From positions 37,758,001 through 37,822,000 of the forward strand of contig OZ024744.1 of NCBI GenBank assembly GCA_964016885.1: a DNA stretch of 64,000 nt, read 5' to 3'. A program made the position numbers and the translations under genes. The notes under the pieces were generated by a model. It was given only the letters and a program-made list of their open reading frames with translations. It did no database searches and had not been told where the DNA came from. Positions 30,001 through 45,000 of the stretch are shown in pieces. This DNA is from Eledone cirrhosa. Its lineage: Eukaryota. Position 1 is the stretch's first letter. Each line of letters starts with the position of its first letter.

Positions 30001-33000
30001 CTCTTAATAATTTACTTCAACTGTAATAATCTCTCTTGTCACCCTTAATAATTTAGTTAAACTGTAACAATCTCTCTTGTACCCCTTAATAATTTAGTTA
30101 AACTAGAACAATCTCTCTTTTCCCCTTAATAATTTAGTTAAACTGGAACAATCTGTCTTGTCTCCCTTAATGATTTAGTTAAACTGGAACAATCTGTCTT
30201 GTCCCCCTTAATAATTTAGTTAAACTGGAACAATCACTCTGGTGCCCCTTCATAATTTTGTTAAACTGGAACAATCTGATTTGACCCCCTTAATAAATTA
30301 GTTAAACTGGAACAATCTCCCTTGTACCCCTTAATAATCTAGTTAAAATGGAACAATCTCCCTTGTCCCCCTTAATAATTTAGTTAAACTGGAACAATCT
30401 GTCTTGTCCCCCTTAATAATTTAGTTAAACTGTAACTATCTCTCTTGTCGCCCTTAATAATTTAGTTAAACTGAAACTATCTCTCTTGTCCCCCTTAATA
30501 ATTTAGTTAAACTAGAACAATCTCTCTTTTCCCCTTAATAATTTAGTTGAACTGGAACAAAATGTCTTGTGCCCCTTAATAATTTAGTTAAGCTGTAACA
30601 ATCTCTCTTGTCCCCCTGAATAATTTAGTTAAACTGGAACAATCTCTCTTGTACCCCTTAATAATTTAGTTAAACTGGAACAATCTCTCTTGTACGCCTT
30701 AATAATTTAGTTAAACTGGAACAATCTCTCTTGTCCCCCTTAATAATTTAGTTAAACTGGAACAATCTGTCTTGTCCCCCTTAATAATTTAGTTAAACTG
30801 TAACAATATCTCTTGTCCTCCTTAATAATTTAGTTAAACTGTAACAATCTCTCTTGTCCTCCTTAATAATTTAGTTAAACTAGAACAATCTCTCTTTACC
30901 CCTTAATAATTTAGTTAAACTGGAACAATCTGTCTTGTCCCCCTTAATAATTTAGTTAAACTGGAACAATCTCTCTTGTCCCCTTAATAATTTAGTTAAA
31001 CTGGAACAATCTCTCTTGTCCCCTTAATAATTAAGTTAAACTGGAACAATCTCTCTTGTCCCCCTTAATAATTTAGTTAAACTTGAACAATCTCTCTTGT
31101 CCCCTTAATAATTTAGTTAAACTGTAACAATCTCTCTTGTCCCCCTTAATAATTTAGTTAAACTAGAACAATCTCTCTTTACCCCTTAATAATTTAGTTA
31201 AACTGGAACAATCTGTCTTGTCCCCCTTAATAATTTAGTTAAACTGGAACAATCTCTCTTGTCCCCTTAATAATTTAGTTAAACTGGAACAATCTGTCTT
31301 GTACCCCTTAATAATTTAGTTAAACTCGCACTATGTCTCTTGTACCCCGTAATAATTTAGTTAAACTAGAACAATCTCTCTTTTCCCCTTAATAAGTTAG
31401 TTAAACTGTAACAATCTCTCTTGTCCCCTTTAATAATTTAGTTAAACTCGTACAATCTCCCTTGTCCCCATTAATAATTTAATTAAACTGGAACAATCTG
31501 TCTTGTCCCCCTTAATAATTTAGTTAAACTGGAACGATCTGTCTTGTCCCCTTTAATAATTTAGTTAAACTGGAACAATCTGTCTTGTCCCCCTTAATAA
31601 TTTAGTTAAACTGGAACAATCTGTCTTGCCCCCCTTAATAATTTAGTTAAACTGGAACAATCTCTTTTGTCCCCCTTAGTAATTTAGTTAAACTGGATCA
31701 ATCTCTCTTGTCCCCATTAATAATTTAGTTAAACTGGAACAATCTCTCTTGCCCACCTTAATAATTTAGTTAAACTGGAACAATCTCTCTTGTCCCCTTA
31801 ATAATTTAGTTAAACTGGAACAATCTCTTTTGTCCCCCTTAATAATTTAGTTAAACTTGAACAATCTCTCTTGTCCCCTTAATAATTTAGTTAAACTGTA
31901 ACAATCTCTCTTGTCCCCCTTAATAATTTAGTTAAACTGTAACAAACTCACTTGTCCCTCTTAATAATTTAGTTAAACTGGAACGATCTGTCTTGTCCCC
32001 TTCAATAATTTAGTTAAACTGGAACAATCATTCTTGTGCCCCTTCATAATTTTGTTAAACTGGAACAATCTGTCTTATCCCCCTTAATAATTTAGTTAAA
32101 CTGGAACAATCTCCCTTGCGCCCCTTAATAATTTAGTTAAACTGGAACAATCTGTCTTGTCCCCTTTAATAATTTAGTTAAACTGTAATAATCGCTCTTG
32201 TTCCCCTTAATAATTTAGTTAAACTGGAACAATCTGTCTTGTCCCCCTTAATAATTTAGTTAAACTGTAACAATCTCTCTTGTCCCCCTTAATAATTTAG
32301 TTAAACTGGAACAATCTGTCTTGTCCCCCTTAATAATTTAGTTAAACTGTAATAATCGCTCTTGTCCCCCTTTATAATTTAGTTAAACTGGAACAATCTG
32401 TCTTGTCCCCCTTAATAATTTACTTAAACTGTAACAATCTCTCTTGTCGCCCTTAATAATTTAGTTAAACTGTAACAATCTCTCTTGTCCCCCTTAATAA
32501 TTTAGTTAAACTAGAACAATCTCTCTTTTCCCCTTAATAATTCAGTTGAACTGGAACAATCTGTCTTGTCCCCCTTAATAATTTAGTTAAACTGGAACAA
32601 TCTCTCTTGTACCTCTTAATAATTTAGTTAAACTAGAACAATCTCTCTTTTCCCCTTAATAATTCAGTTAAACTGGAACAATCTGTCTTGTCCCCCTTAA
32701 TAATTTAGTTAAACTGGAACAATCTGTCTTGTCCAGCTTAATAATTTAGTTAAACTGGAACGATCTGTCTTGTCCCCCTTAATAATTTAGTTAAACTGGA
32801 ACAATCACTCTGGTGCCCCTTCATAATTTTGTTAAACTGGAACAATCTGTCTTGACCCCCTTAATAATTTAGTTAAACTGGAACAATCTCCCTTGTACCC
32901 CTTAATAATTTAGTTAAACTGGAACAATCTGTCTTGTCCCCCTTAATAATTTAGTTTAACTGGAACAATCTGTCTTGTCCCCCTTAATAATTTAGTTAAA

Positions 33001-36000
33001 CTGTAACTATCTCTCTTGTCGCCCTTAATAATTTAGTTAAACTGTAACAATCTCTCTTGTCCCCCTTAATAATTTAGTTAAACTAGAACAATCTCTCTTT
33101 TGCCCTTAATAATTTAGTTGAACTGGAACAAAATGTCTTGTGCCCCTTAATAATTTAGTTAAACTGGAACAATTTGTCTTGTCCCCATTAATAATTTAGT
33201 TAAGCTGGAACAATCTCTTTTGTCCCCCTTAATAATTTAGTTAAACTGGCACTATCTCTCTTGTACCCCTTAATAATTTAGTTGAACTGGAACAATCTCC
33301 CTTGTACCCCTTAATAATTTAGTTAGAATGGAACAATCTGTCTTGTCCCCCTTAGTAATTTAGTTAAACTGGAACAATCTCTCTTGTCCCCATTAATAAT
33401 TTAGTTAAACTGGAACAATCTCTCTTGTCCCCCTTAGTAATTTAGTTAAACTGGAACAATCTGTCTTGTCCCCCTTACTAATTTAGTTAAACTGGAACAA
33501 TCTCTTTTGTCCCCCTTAATAATTTAGTTAAACTTGAACAATCTCTCTTGTCCACTTAATAATTTAGTTAAACTGAAACAATCTCTCTTGTCCCCCTTAA
33601 TAATTTAGTTAAACTGGAACAATCACTCTTGTCCCCCTTCATAATTTAGTTAAACTGGAACAATTTGTCTTGTCCCCATTAATAATTTAGTTAAGCTGGA
33701 ACAATCTCTTTTGTCCCCCTTAATAATTTAGTTAAACTGGCACTATCTCTCTTGTACCCCTTAATAATTTAGTTGAACTGGAACAATCTCCCTTGTACCC
33801 CTTAATAATTTAGTTAGAATGGAACAATCTGTCTTGTCCCCCTTAGTAATTTAGTTAAACTGGAACAATCTCTCTTGTCCCCATTAATAATTTAGTTAAA
33901 CTAGAACAATCTCTCTTGTCCCCCTTAGTAATTTAGTTAAACTGGAACAATCTGTCTTGTCCCCCTTACTAATTTAGTTAAACTGGAACAATCTCTTTTG
34001 TCCCCCTTAATAATTTAGTTAAACTTGAACAATCTCTCTTGTCCCCTTAATAATTTAGTTAAACTGTAACAATCTCTCTTGTCCCCCTTAATAATTTAGT
34101 TAAACTGTAACAAACTCACTTGTCCCTCTTAATAATTTAGTTAAACTGGAACGATCTGTCTTGTCCCCCTTAATAATTTAGTTAAACTGGAACAATCACT
34201 CTTGTGCCCCTTCATAATTTTGTTAAACTGGAACAATCTGTCTTATCCCCCTTAATAATTTAGTTAAACTGGAACAATCTCCCTTGCGCCCCTTAATAAT
34301 TTAGTTAAACTGGAACAATCTGTCTTGTCCCCCTTAATAATTTACTTCAACTGTAATAATCGCTCTTGTACCCCTTAATAATTTAATTAAACTGTAACAA
34401 TCTCTCTTGTACCCCTTAATAATTTAGTTAAACTAGAACAATTTCTCTTTTCCCCTTAATAATTTAGTTAAACTGGAACAATCTGTCTTGTCCCCCTTAA
34501 TAATTTAGTTAAACTGGAACAATCTGTCTTGTCCCCCTTAATAATTTAGTTAAACTGGAACGATCTGTCTTGTCCCCCTTAATAATTTAGTTAAACTGGA
34601 ACAATCACTCTGGTGCCCCTTCATAATTTTGTTAAACTGGAACAATCTGATTTGCCCCCCTTAATAATTTAGTTAAACTGGAACAATCTCCATTGTACCC
34701 CTTAATAATTTAGTTAAACTGGAACAATCTCCCTTGTCCCCCTTAATAATTTAGTTAAACTGGAACAATCTCTCTTGTCCCCCTTCATAATTTAGTTAAA
34801 CTGGAACAATTTGTCTTGTCCCCATTAATAATTTAGTTAAGCTGGAACAATCTCTTTTGTCCCCCTTAATAATTTAGTTAAACTGGCACTATCTCTCTTG
34901 TACCCCTTAATAATTTAGTTAAACTGGAACAATCTCCCTTGTACCCCTTAATAATTTAGTTAGAATGGAACAATCTGTCTTGTCCTCCCTAATAATTTAG
35001 GTAAACTGGAACAATCTCTCTTGTACCCCTTCATAATTTAGTTAAACTGGCACAATCTCTCTTGTCCCCCTTAATAATCTAGTTAAACTGGAACAATCTC
35101 TCTTGTCCCCCTTAATAATTTAGTTAAACTGGAAAAATATATCTTGTCCCTCTTAATAATTTAGTTAAACTGAACAATCTCTCTTGTCCCCCTTAATAAT
35201 TTAGTTAAACTGGAACAATCTCTCTTGTCCCCCATAATAATTTAGTTAAACTTTAACTATCTCTCTCATCCCTCTTAATAATTTAGTTAAACTGGAACAA
35301 ACTCTCTCGTCCCCCTTAATAATTTAATTCAACTGAACAATCTCTCCTGTCCCCCTTAATAATTTAGTTAAACTTGGACAATCTTTCTCGTCCCCCTTAA
35401 TAATTTAGTTAAACTGGAACAATCTGTCTTGTCCCCTTTAATAATTTAGTTAAACTGTAACAATCTCTCTTGTCCCTCTTAATAATTTAATTAAACTGTA
35501 ACAATGTCTCTTGTCCCCCTTAATAATTTAGTTAAACTGGAACAATCTGACTTGTCCCCCTTAATAATTTAGTTAAACTGGAACAATCTGTCTTGTCCCC
35601 CTTAATAATTTAGTTAAACTGGAATAATCTGTCTTGTCCCCCTTAATAATTTAGTTAAACTGGAATAATCTGTCTTGTCCCCCTTAATAATTTAGTTAAA
35701 CTGGAACAATCTCTCTTGTCCCTATTAATAATTTAGTTAAACTGGAACAATCTCTCTTGTCCCCCTTAATAATTTAGTTAAACTGGAACAATCTCTCTTG
35801 TCCCCTTAATAATTTAGTTAAACTGGAACAATCTCTCTTGTCCCCTTAGTAATTTAGTTAAACTGGAACAATCTGTCTTGTCCCCCTTACTAATTTAGTT
35901 AAACTGGAACAATCTCTCTTGTACCCCTTAATAATTTAGTTAAACTGGAACAATCTCTCTTGTCCCCCTTAATAATTTAGTTAAACTGGAACAATCTCTC

Positions 36001-39000
36001 TTGTCCCCCTTAATAATTTAGTTAAACTGGAATAATCTATCTTGTCCCCCTTAATAATTTAGTTAAACTGTAACAATCTCGCTTGTCCCCCTTAATAATT
36101 TAGTTAAACTGGAACAATCTCTCTTGTACCCCTTCATAATTTAGTTAAACTGTAACAAACTCACTTGTCCCTCTTAATAATTTAGTTAAAGTGGAACGAT
36201 CTGCCTTGTCCCCTTTAATAATTTAGTTAAACTGGAACAATCACTCTTGTGCCCCTTCATAATTTTGTTAAACTGGAACAATCTGTCTTATCCCCCTTAA
36301 TAATTTAGTTAAACTGGAACAATCTCCCTTGCGCCCCTCAATAATTTAGTTAAACTGGAACAATCTGTCTTGTCCCCCTTAATAATTTAGTTAAACTGGA
36401 ACAATCTCCCTTGCGCCCCTTAATAATTTAATTAAACTGGAACAATCTGTCTTATCCCCCTTAATAATTTAGTTAAACTGGAACAATCTCCCTTGCGCCC
36501 CTTAATAATTTACTTTAACTGTAACAATCTCTCTTGTCGCCCTTAATAATTTAGTTAAACTGTAACAGTCTCTCTTTTCCCCTTAATAATTCAGTTAAAC
36601 TGGAACAATCTGTCTTGTCCCCCTTAATAATTTAGTTAAAGTGGAACGATCTGTCTTGTCCCCCTTAATAATTTAGTTAAACTGGAACAATCACTCTGGT
36701 GTCCCTTCATAATTTTGTTAAACTGGAACAATCTGTCTTGACCCCCTTAATAATTTAGTTAAACTGGAACAATCTCCCTTGTCCCCCTTAATAATTTAGT
36801 TAAACTGGAACAATCTGTCTTGTCCCCCTTAATAATTTAGTTAAACTGTATCTATCTCTCTTGTCGCCCTTAATAATTTAGTTAAACTGGAACAATCTCT
36901 CTTGTCCCCCTTAATAATTTAGTTAAACTTGAACAATCTCTCTTGTCCCTCTTAATAATTTAATTAAACTGTAACAATGTCTCTTGTCCCCCTTAATAAT
37001 TTAGTTAAACTGGAACAATCTGTCTTGTCCCCCTTAATAATTTAGTTAAACTGGAATAATCTGTCTTGTCCCCCTTAATAATTTAGTTAAACTGGAATAA
37101 TCTGTCTTGTCCCCCTTAATAATTTAGTTAAACTGGAACAATCTCTCTTGTCCCCCTGAATAATTTAGTTAAACTGGAACAATCTGTCTTGTCCCTCTTA
37201 ATAATTTACTTCAACTGTAATAATCTCTCTTGTCACCCTTAATAATTTAGTTAAACTGTAACAATCTCTCTTGTACCCCTTAATAATTTAGTTAAACTAG
37301 AACAATCTCTCTTTTCCCCTTAATAATTTAGTTAAACTGGAACTATCTGTCTTGTCTCCCTTAATGATTTAGTTAAACTGGAACAATCTGTCTTGTCCCC
37401 CTTAATAATTTAGTTAAACTGGAACAATCACTCTGGTGCCCCTTCATAATTTTGTTAAACTGGAACAATCTGATTTGACCCCCTTAATAAATTAGTTAAA
37501 CTGGAACAATCTCCCTTGTACCCCTTAATAATCTAGTTAAAATGGAACAATCTCCCTTGTCCCCCTTAATAATTTAGTTAAACTGGAACAATCTGTCTTG
37601 TCCCCCTTAATAATTTAGTTAAACTGTAACTATCTCTCTTGTCGCCCTTAATAATTTAGTTAAACTGAAACTATCTCTCTTGTCCCCCTTAATAATTTAG
37701 TTAAACTAGAACAATCTCTCTTTTCCCCTTAATAATTTAGTTGAACTGGAACAAAATGTCTTGTGCCCCTTAATAATTTAGTTAAGCTGTAACAATCTCT
37801 CTTGTCCCCCTGAATAATTTAGTTAAACTGGAACAATCTCTCTTGTACCCCTTAATAATTTAGTTAAACTGGAACAATCTCTCTTGTACGCCTTAATAAT
37901 TTAGTTAAACTGGAACAATCTCTCTTGTCCCCCTTAATAATTTAGTTAAACTGGAACAATCTGTCTTGTCCCCCTTAATAATTTAGTTAAACTGTAACAA
38001 TATCTCTTGTCCTCCTTAATAATTTAGTTAAACTGTAACAATCTCTCTTGTCCTCCTTAATAATTTAGTTAAACTAGAACAATCTCTCTTTACCCCTTAA
38101 TAATTTAGTTAAACTGGAACAATCTGTCTTGTCCCCCTTAATAATTTAGTTAAACTGGAACAATCTCTCTTGTCCCCTTAATAATTTAGTTAAACTGGAA
38201 CAATCTCTCTTGTCCCCTTAATAATTAAGTTAAACTGGAACAATCTCTCTTGTCCCCCTTAATAATTTAGTTAAACTTGAACAATCTCTCTTGTCCCCTT
38301 AATAATTTAGTTAAACTGTAACAATCTCTCTTGTCCCCCTTAATAATTTAGTTAAACTAGAACAATCTCTCTTTACCCCTTAATAATTTAGTTAAACTGG
38401 AACAATCTGTCTTGTCCCCCTTAATAATTTAGTTAAACTGGAACAATCTCTCTTGTCCCCTTAATAATTTAGTTAAACTGGAACAATCTGTCTTGTACCC
38501 CTTAATAATTTAGTTAAACTCGCACTATGTCTCTTGTACCCCTTAATAATTTAGTTAAACTAGAACAATCTCTCTTTTCCCCTTAATAAGTTAGTTAAAC
38601 TGTAACAATCTCTCTTGTCCCCTTTAATAATTTAGTTAAACTCGTACAATCTCCCTTGTCCCCATTAATAATTTAATTAAACTGGAACAATCTGTCTTGT
38701 CCCCCTTAATAATTTAGTTAAACTGGAATGATCTGTCTTGTCCCCTTTAATAATTTAGTTAAACTGGAACAATCTGTCTTGTCCCCCTTAATAATTTAGT
38801 TAAACTGGAACAATCTGTCTTGCCCCCCTTAATAATTTAGTTAAACTGGAACAATCTCTTTTGTCCCCCTTAGTAATTTAGTTAAACTGGATCAATCTCT
38901 CTTGTCCCCATTAATAATTTAGTTAAACTGGAACAATCTCTCTTGCCCACCTTAATAATTTAGTTAAACTGGAACAATCTCTCTTGTCCCCTTAATAATT

Positions 39001-42000
39001 TAGTTAAACTGGAACAATCTCTTTTGTCCCCCTTAATAATTTAGTTAAACTTGAACAATCTCTCTTGTCCCCTTAATAATTTAGTTAAACTGTAACAATC
39101 TCTCTTGTCCCCCTTAATAATTTAGTTAAACTGTAACAAACTCACTTGTCCCTCTTAATAATTTAGTTAAACTGGAACGATCTGTCTTGTCCCCTTCAAT
39201 AATTTAGTTAAACTGGAACAATCATTCTTGTGCCCCTTCATAATTTTGTTAAACTGGAACAATCTGTCTTATCCCCCTTAATAATTTAGTTAAACTGGAA
39301 CAATCTCCCTTGCGCCCCTTAATAATTTAGTTAAACTGGAACAATCTGTCTTGTCCCCTTTAATAATTTAGTTAAACTGTAATAATCGCTCTTGTTCCCC
39401 TTAATAATTTAGTTAAACTGGAACAATCTGTCTTGTCCCCCTTAATAATTTAGTTAAACTGTAACAATCTCTCTTGTCCCCCTTAATAATTTAGTTAAAC
39501 TGGAACAATCTGTCTTGTCCCCCTTAATAATTTAGTTAAACTGTAATAATCGCTCTTGTCCCCCTTTATAATTTAGTTAAACTGGAACAATCTGTCTTGT
39601 CCCCCTTAATAATTTACTTAAACTGTAACAATCTCTCTTGTCGCCCTTAATAATTTAGTTAAACTGGAACAATCTGTCTTGTCCCCCTTAATAATTTAGT
39701 TAAACTGGAACAATCTGTCTTGCCCCCCTTAATAATTTAGTTAAACTGGAACAATCTCTTTTGTCCCCCTTAGTAATTTAGTTAAACTGGATCAATCTCT
39801 CTTGTCCCCATTAATAATTTAGTTAAACTGGAACAATCTCTCTTGCCCACCTTAATAATTTAGTTAAACTGGAACAATCTCTCTTGTCCCCTTAATAATT
39901 TAGTTAAACTGGAACAATCTCTTTTGTCCCCCTTAATAATTTAGTTAAACTTGAACAATCTCTCTTGTCCCCTTAATAATTTAGTTAAACTGTAACAATC
40001 TCTCTTGTCCCCCTTAATAATTTAGTTAAACTGTAACAAACTCACTTGTCCCTCTTAATAATTTAGTTAAACTGGAACGATCTGTCTTGTCCCCTTCAAT
40101 AATTGAGTTAAACTGGAACAATCATTCTTGTGCCCCTTCATAATTTTGTTAAACTGGAACAATCTGTCTTATCCCCCTTAATAATTTAGTTAAACTGGAA
40201 CAATCTCCCTTGCGCCCCTTAATAATTTAGTTAAACTGGAACAATCTGTCTTGTCCCCTTTAATAATTTAGTTAAACTGTAATAATCGCTCTTGTTCCCC
40301 TTAATAATTTAGTTAAACTGGAACAATCTGTCTTGTCCCCCTTAATAATTTAGTTAAACTGTAACAATCTCTCTTGTCCCCCTTAATAATTTAGTTAAAC
40401 TGGAACAATCTGTCTTGTCCCCCTTAATAATTTAGTTAAACTGTAATAATCGCTCTTGTCCCCCTTTATAATTTAGTTAAACTGGAACAATCTGTCTTGT
40501 CCCCCTTAATAATTTACTTAAACTGTAACAATCTCTCTTGTCGCCCTTAATAATTTAGTTAAACTGTAACAATCTCTCTTGTCCCCCTTAATAATTTAGT
40601 TAAACTAGAACAATCTCTCTTTTCCCCTTAATAATTCAGTTGAACTGGAACAATCTGTCTTGTCCCCCTTAATAATTTAGTTAAACTGGAACAATCTCTC
40701 TTGTACCTCTTAATAATTTAGTTAAACTAGAACAATCTCTCTTTTCCCCTTAATAATTCAGTTAAACTGGAACAATCTGTCTTGTCCCCCTTAATAATTT
40801 AGTTAAACTGGAACAATCTGTCTTGTCCAGCTTAATAATTTAGTTAAACTGGAACGATCTGTCTTGTCCCCCTTAATAATTTAGTTGAACTGGAACAATC
40901 ACTCTGGTGCCCCTTCATAATTTTGTTAAACTGGAACAATCTGTCTTGACCCCCTTAATAATTTAGTTAAACTGGAACAATCTCCCTTGTACCCCTTAAT
41001 AATTTAGTTAAACTGGAACAATCTGTCTTGTCCCCCTTAATAATTTAGTTTAACTGGAACAATCTGTCTTGTCCCCCTTAATAATTTAGTTAAACTGTAA
41101 CTATCTCTCTTGTCGCCCTTAATAATTTAGTTAAACTGTAACAATCTCTCTTGTCCCCCTTAATAATTTAGTTAAACTAGAACAATCTCTCTTTTGCCCT
41201 TAATAATTTAGTTGAACTGGAACAAAATGTCTTGTGCCCCTTAATAATTTAGTTAAGCTGTAACAATCTCTCTTGTCCACTTAATAATTTAGTTAAACTG
41301 AAACAATCTCTCTTGTCCCCCTTAATAATTTAGTTAAACTGGAACAATCACTCTTGTCCCCCTTCATAATTTAGTTAAACTGGAACAATTTGTCTTGTCC
41401 CCATTAATAATTTAGTTAAGCTGGAACAATCTCTTTTGTCCCCCTTAATAATTTAGTTAAACTGGCACTATCTCTCTTGTACCCCTTAATAATTTAGTTG
41501 AACTGGAACAATCTCCCTTGTACCCCTTAATAATTTAGTTAGAATGGAACAATCTGTCTTGTCCCCCTTAGTAATTTAGTTAAACTGGAACAATCTCTCT
41601 TGTCCCCATTAATAATTTAGTTAAACTGGAACAATCTCTCTTGTCCCCCTTAGTAATTTAGTTAAACTGGAACAATCTCTCTTGTCCCCCTTACTAATTT
41701 AGTTAAACTGGAACAATCTCTTTTGTCCCCCTTAATAATTTAGTTAAACTTGAACAATCTCTCTTGTCCCCTTAATAATTTAGTTAAACTGTAACAATCT
41801 CTCTTGTCCCCCTTAATAATTTAGTTAAACTGTAACAAACTCACTTGTCCCTCTTAATAATTTAGTTAAACTGGAACGATCTGTCTTGTCCCCCTTAATA
41901 ATTTAGTTAAACTGGAACAATCACTCTTGTGCCCCTTCATAATTTTGTTAAACTGGAACAATCTGTCTTATCCCCCTTAATAATTTAGTTAAACTGGAAC

Positions 42001-45000
42001 AATCTCCCTTGCGCCCCTTAATAATTTAGTTAAACTGGAACAATCTGTCTTGTCCCCCTTAATAATTTACTTCAACTGTAATAATCGCTCTTGTACCCCT
42101 TAATAATTTAATTAAACTGTAACAATCTCTCTTGTACCCCTTAATAATTTAGTTAAACTAGAACAATTTCTCTTTTCCCCTTAATAATTTAGTTAAACTG
42201 GAACAATCTGTCTTGTCCCCCTTAATAATTTAGTTAAACTGTAACAATCTCTCTTGTCCCCCTTAATAATTTAGTTAAACTGGAACAATCTGTCTTGTCC
42301 CCCTTAATAATTTAGTTAAACTGTAATAATCGCTCTTGTCCCCCTTAGTAATTTAGTTAAACTGGAACAATCTCTCTTGTCCCCATTAATAATTTAGTTA
42401 AACTGGAACAATCTCTCTTGTCCCCCTTAGTAATTTAGTTAAACTGGAACAATCTCTCTTGTCCCCCTTACTAATTTAGTTAAACTGGAACAATCTCTTT
42501 TGTCCCCCTTAATAATTTAGTTAAACTTGAACAATCTCTCTTGTCCCCTTAATAATTTAGTTAAACTGTAACAATCTCTCTTGTCCCCCTTAATAATTTA
42601 GTTAAACTGTAACAAACTCACTTGTCCCTCTTAATAATTTAGTTAAACTGGAACGATCTGTCTTGTCCCCCTTAATAATTTAGTTAAACTGGAACAATCA
42701 CTCTTGTGCCCCTTCATAATTTTGTTAAACTGGAACAATCTGTCTTATCCCCCTTAATAATTTAGTTAAACTGGAACAATCTCCCTTGCGCCCCTTAATA
42801 ATTTAGTTAAACTGGAACAATCTGTCTTGTCCCCCTTAATAATTTACTTCAACTGTAATAATCGCTCTTGTACCCCTTAATAATTTAATTAAACTGTAAC
42901 AATCTCTCTTGTACCCCTTAATAATTTAGTTAAACTAGAACAATTTCTCTTTTCCCCTTAATAATTTAGTTAAACTGGAACAATCTGTCTTGTCCCCCTT
43001 AATAATTTAGTTAAACTGTAACAATCTCTCTTGTCCCCCTTAATAATTTAGTTAAACTGGAACAATCTGTCTTGTCCCCCTTAATAATTTAGTTAAACTG
43101 TAATAATCGCTCTTGTCCCCCTTTATAATTTAGTTAAACTGGAACAATCTGTCTTGTCCCCCTTAATAATTTACTTAAACTGTAACAATCTCTCTTGTCG
43201 CCCTTAATAATTTAGTTAAACTGTAACAATCTCTCTTGTCCCCCTTAATAATTTAGTTAAACTAGAACAATCTCTCTTTTCCCCTTAATAATTCAGTTGA
43301 ACTGGAACAATCTGTCTTGTCCCCCTTAATAATTTAGTTAAACTGTAACTATCTCTCTTGTCGCCCTTAATAATTTAGTTAAACTGTAACAATCTCTCTT
43401 GTCCCCCTTAATAATTTAGTTAAACTAGAACAATCTCTCTTTTGCCCTTAATAATTTAGTTGAACTGGAACAAAATGTCTTGTGCCCCTTAATAATTTAG
43501 TTAAGCTGTAACAATCTCTCTTGTCCACTTAATAATTTAGTTAAACTGAAACAATCTCTCTTGTCCCCCTTAATAATTTAGTTAAACTGGAACAATCACT
43601 CTTGTCCCCCTTCATAATTTAGTTAAACTGGAACAATTTGTCTTGTCCCCATTAATAATTTAGTTAAGCTGGAACAATCTCTTTTGTCCCCCTTAATAAT
43701 TTAGTTAAACTGGCACTATCTCTCTTGTACCCCTTAATAATTTAGTTGAACTGGAACAATCTCCCTTGTACCCCTTAATAATTTAGTTAGAATGGAACAA
43801 TCTGTCTTGTCCCCCTTAGTAATTTAGTTAAACTGGAACAATCTCTCTTGTCCCCATTAATAATTTAGTTAAACTGGAACAATCTCTCTTGTCCCCCTTA
43901 GTAATTTAGTTAAACTGGAACAATCTCTCTTGTCCCCCTTACTAATTTAGTTAAACTGGAACAATCTCTTTTGTCCCCCTTAATAATTTAGTTAAACTTG
44001 AACAATCTCTCTTGTCCCCTTAATAATTTAGTTAAACTGTAACAATCTCTCTTGTCCCCCTTAATAATTTAGTTAAACTGTAACAAACTCACTTGTCCCT
44101 CTTAATAATTTAGTTAAACTGGAACGATCTGTCTTGTCCCCCTTAATAATTTAGTTAAACTGGAACAATCACTCTTGTGCCCCTTCATAATTTTGTTAAA
44201 CTGGAACAATCTGTCTTATCCCCCTTAATAATTTAGTTAAACTGGAACAATCTCCCTTGCGCCCCTTAATAATTTAGTTAAACTGGAACAATCTGTCTTG
44301 TCCCCCTTAATAATTTACTTCAACTGTAATAATCGCTCTTGTACCCCTTAATAATTTAATTAAACTGTAACAATCTCTCTTGTACCCCTTAATAATTTAG
44401 TTAAACTAGAACAATTTCTCTTTTCCCCTTAATAATTTAGTTAAACTGGAACAATCTGTCTTGTCCCCCTTAATAATTTAGTTAAACTGTAACAATCTCT
44501 CTTGTCCCCCTTAATAATTTAGTTAAACTGGAACAATCTGTCTTGTCCCCCTTAATAATTTAGTTAAACTGTAATAATCGCTCTTGTCCCCCTTTATAAT
44601 TTAGTTAAACTGGAACAATCTGTCTTGTCCCCCTTAATAATTTACTTAAACTGTAACAATCTCTCTTGTCGCCCTTAATAATTTAGTTAAACTGTAACAA
44701 TCTCTCTTGTCCCCCTTAATAATTTAGTTAAACTAGAACAATCTCTCTTTTCCCCTTAATAATTCAGTTGAACTGGAACAATCTGTCTTGTCCCCCTTAA
44801 TAATTTAGTTAAACTGGAACAATCTCTCTTGTACCTCTTAATAATTTAGTTAAACTAGAACAATCTCTCTTTTCCCCTTAATAATTCAGTTAAACTGGAA
44901 CAATCTGTCTTGTCCCCCTTAATAATTTAGTTAAACTGGAACAATCTGTCTTGTCCAGCTTAATAATTTAGTTAAACTGGAACGATCTGTCTTGTCCCCC

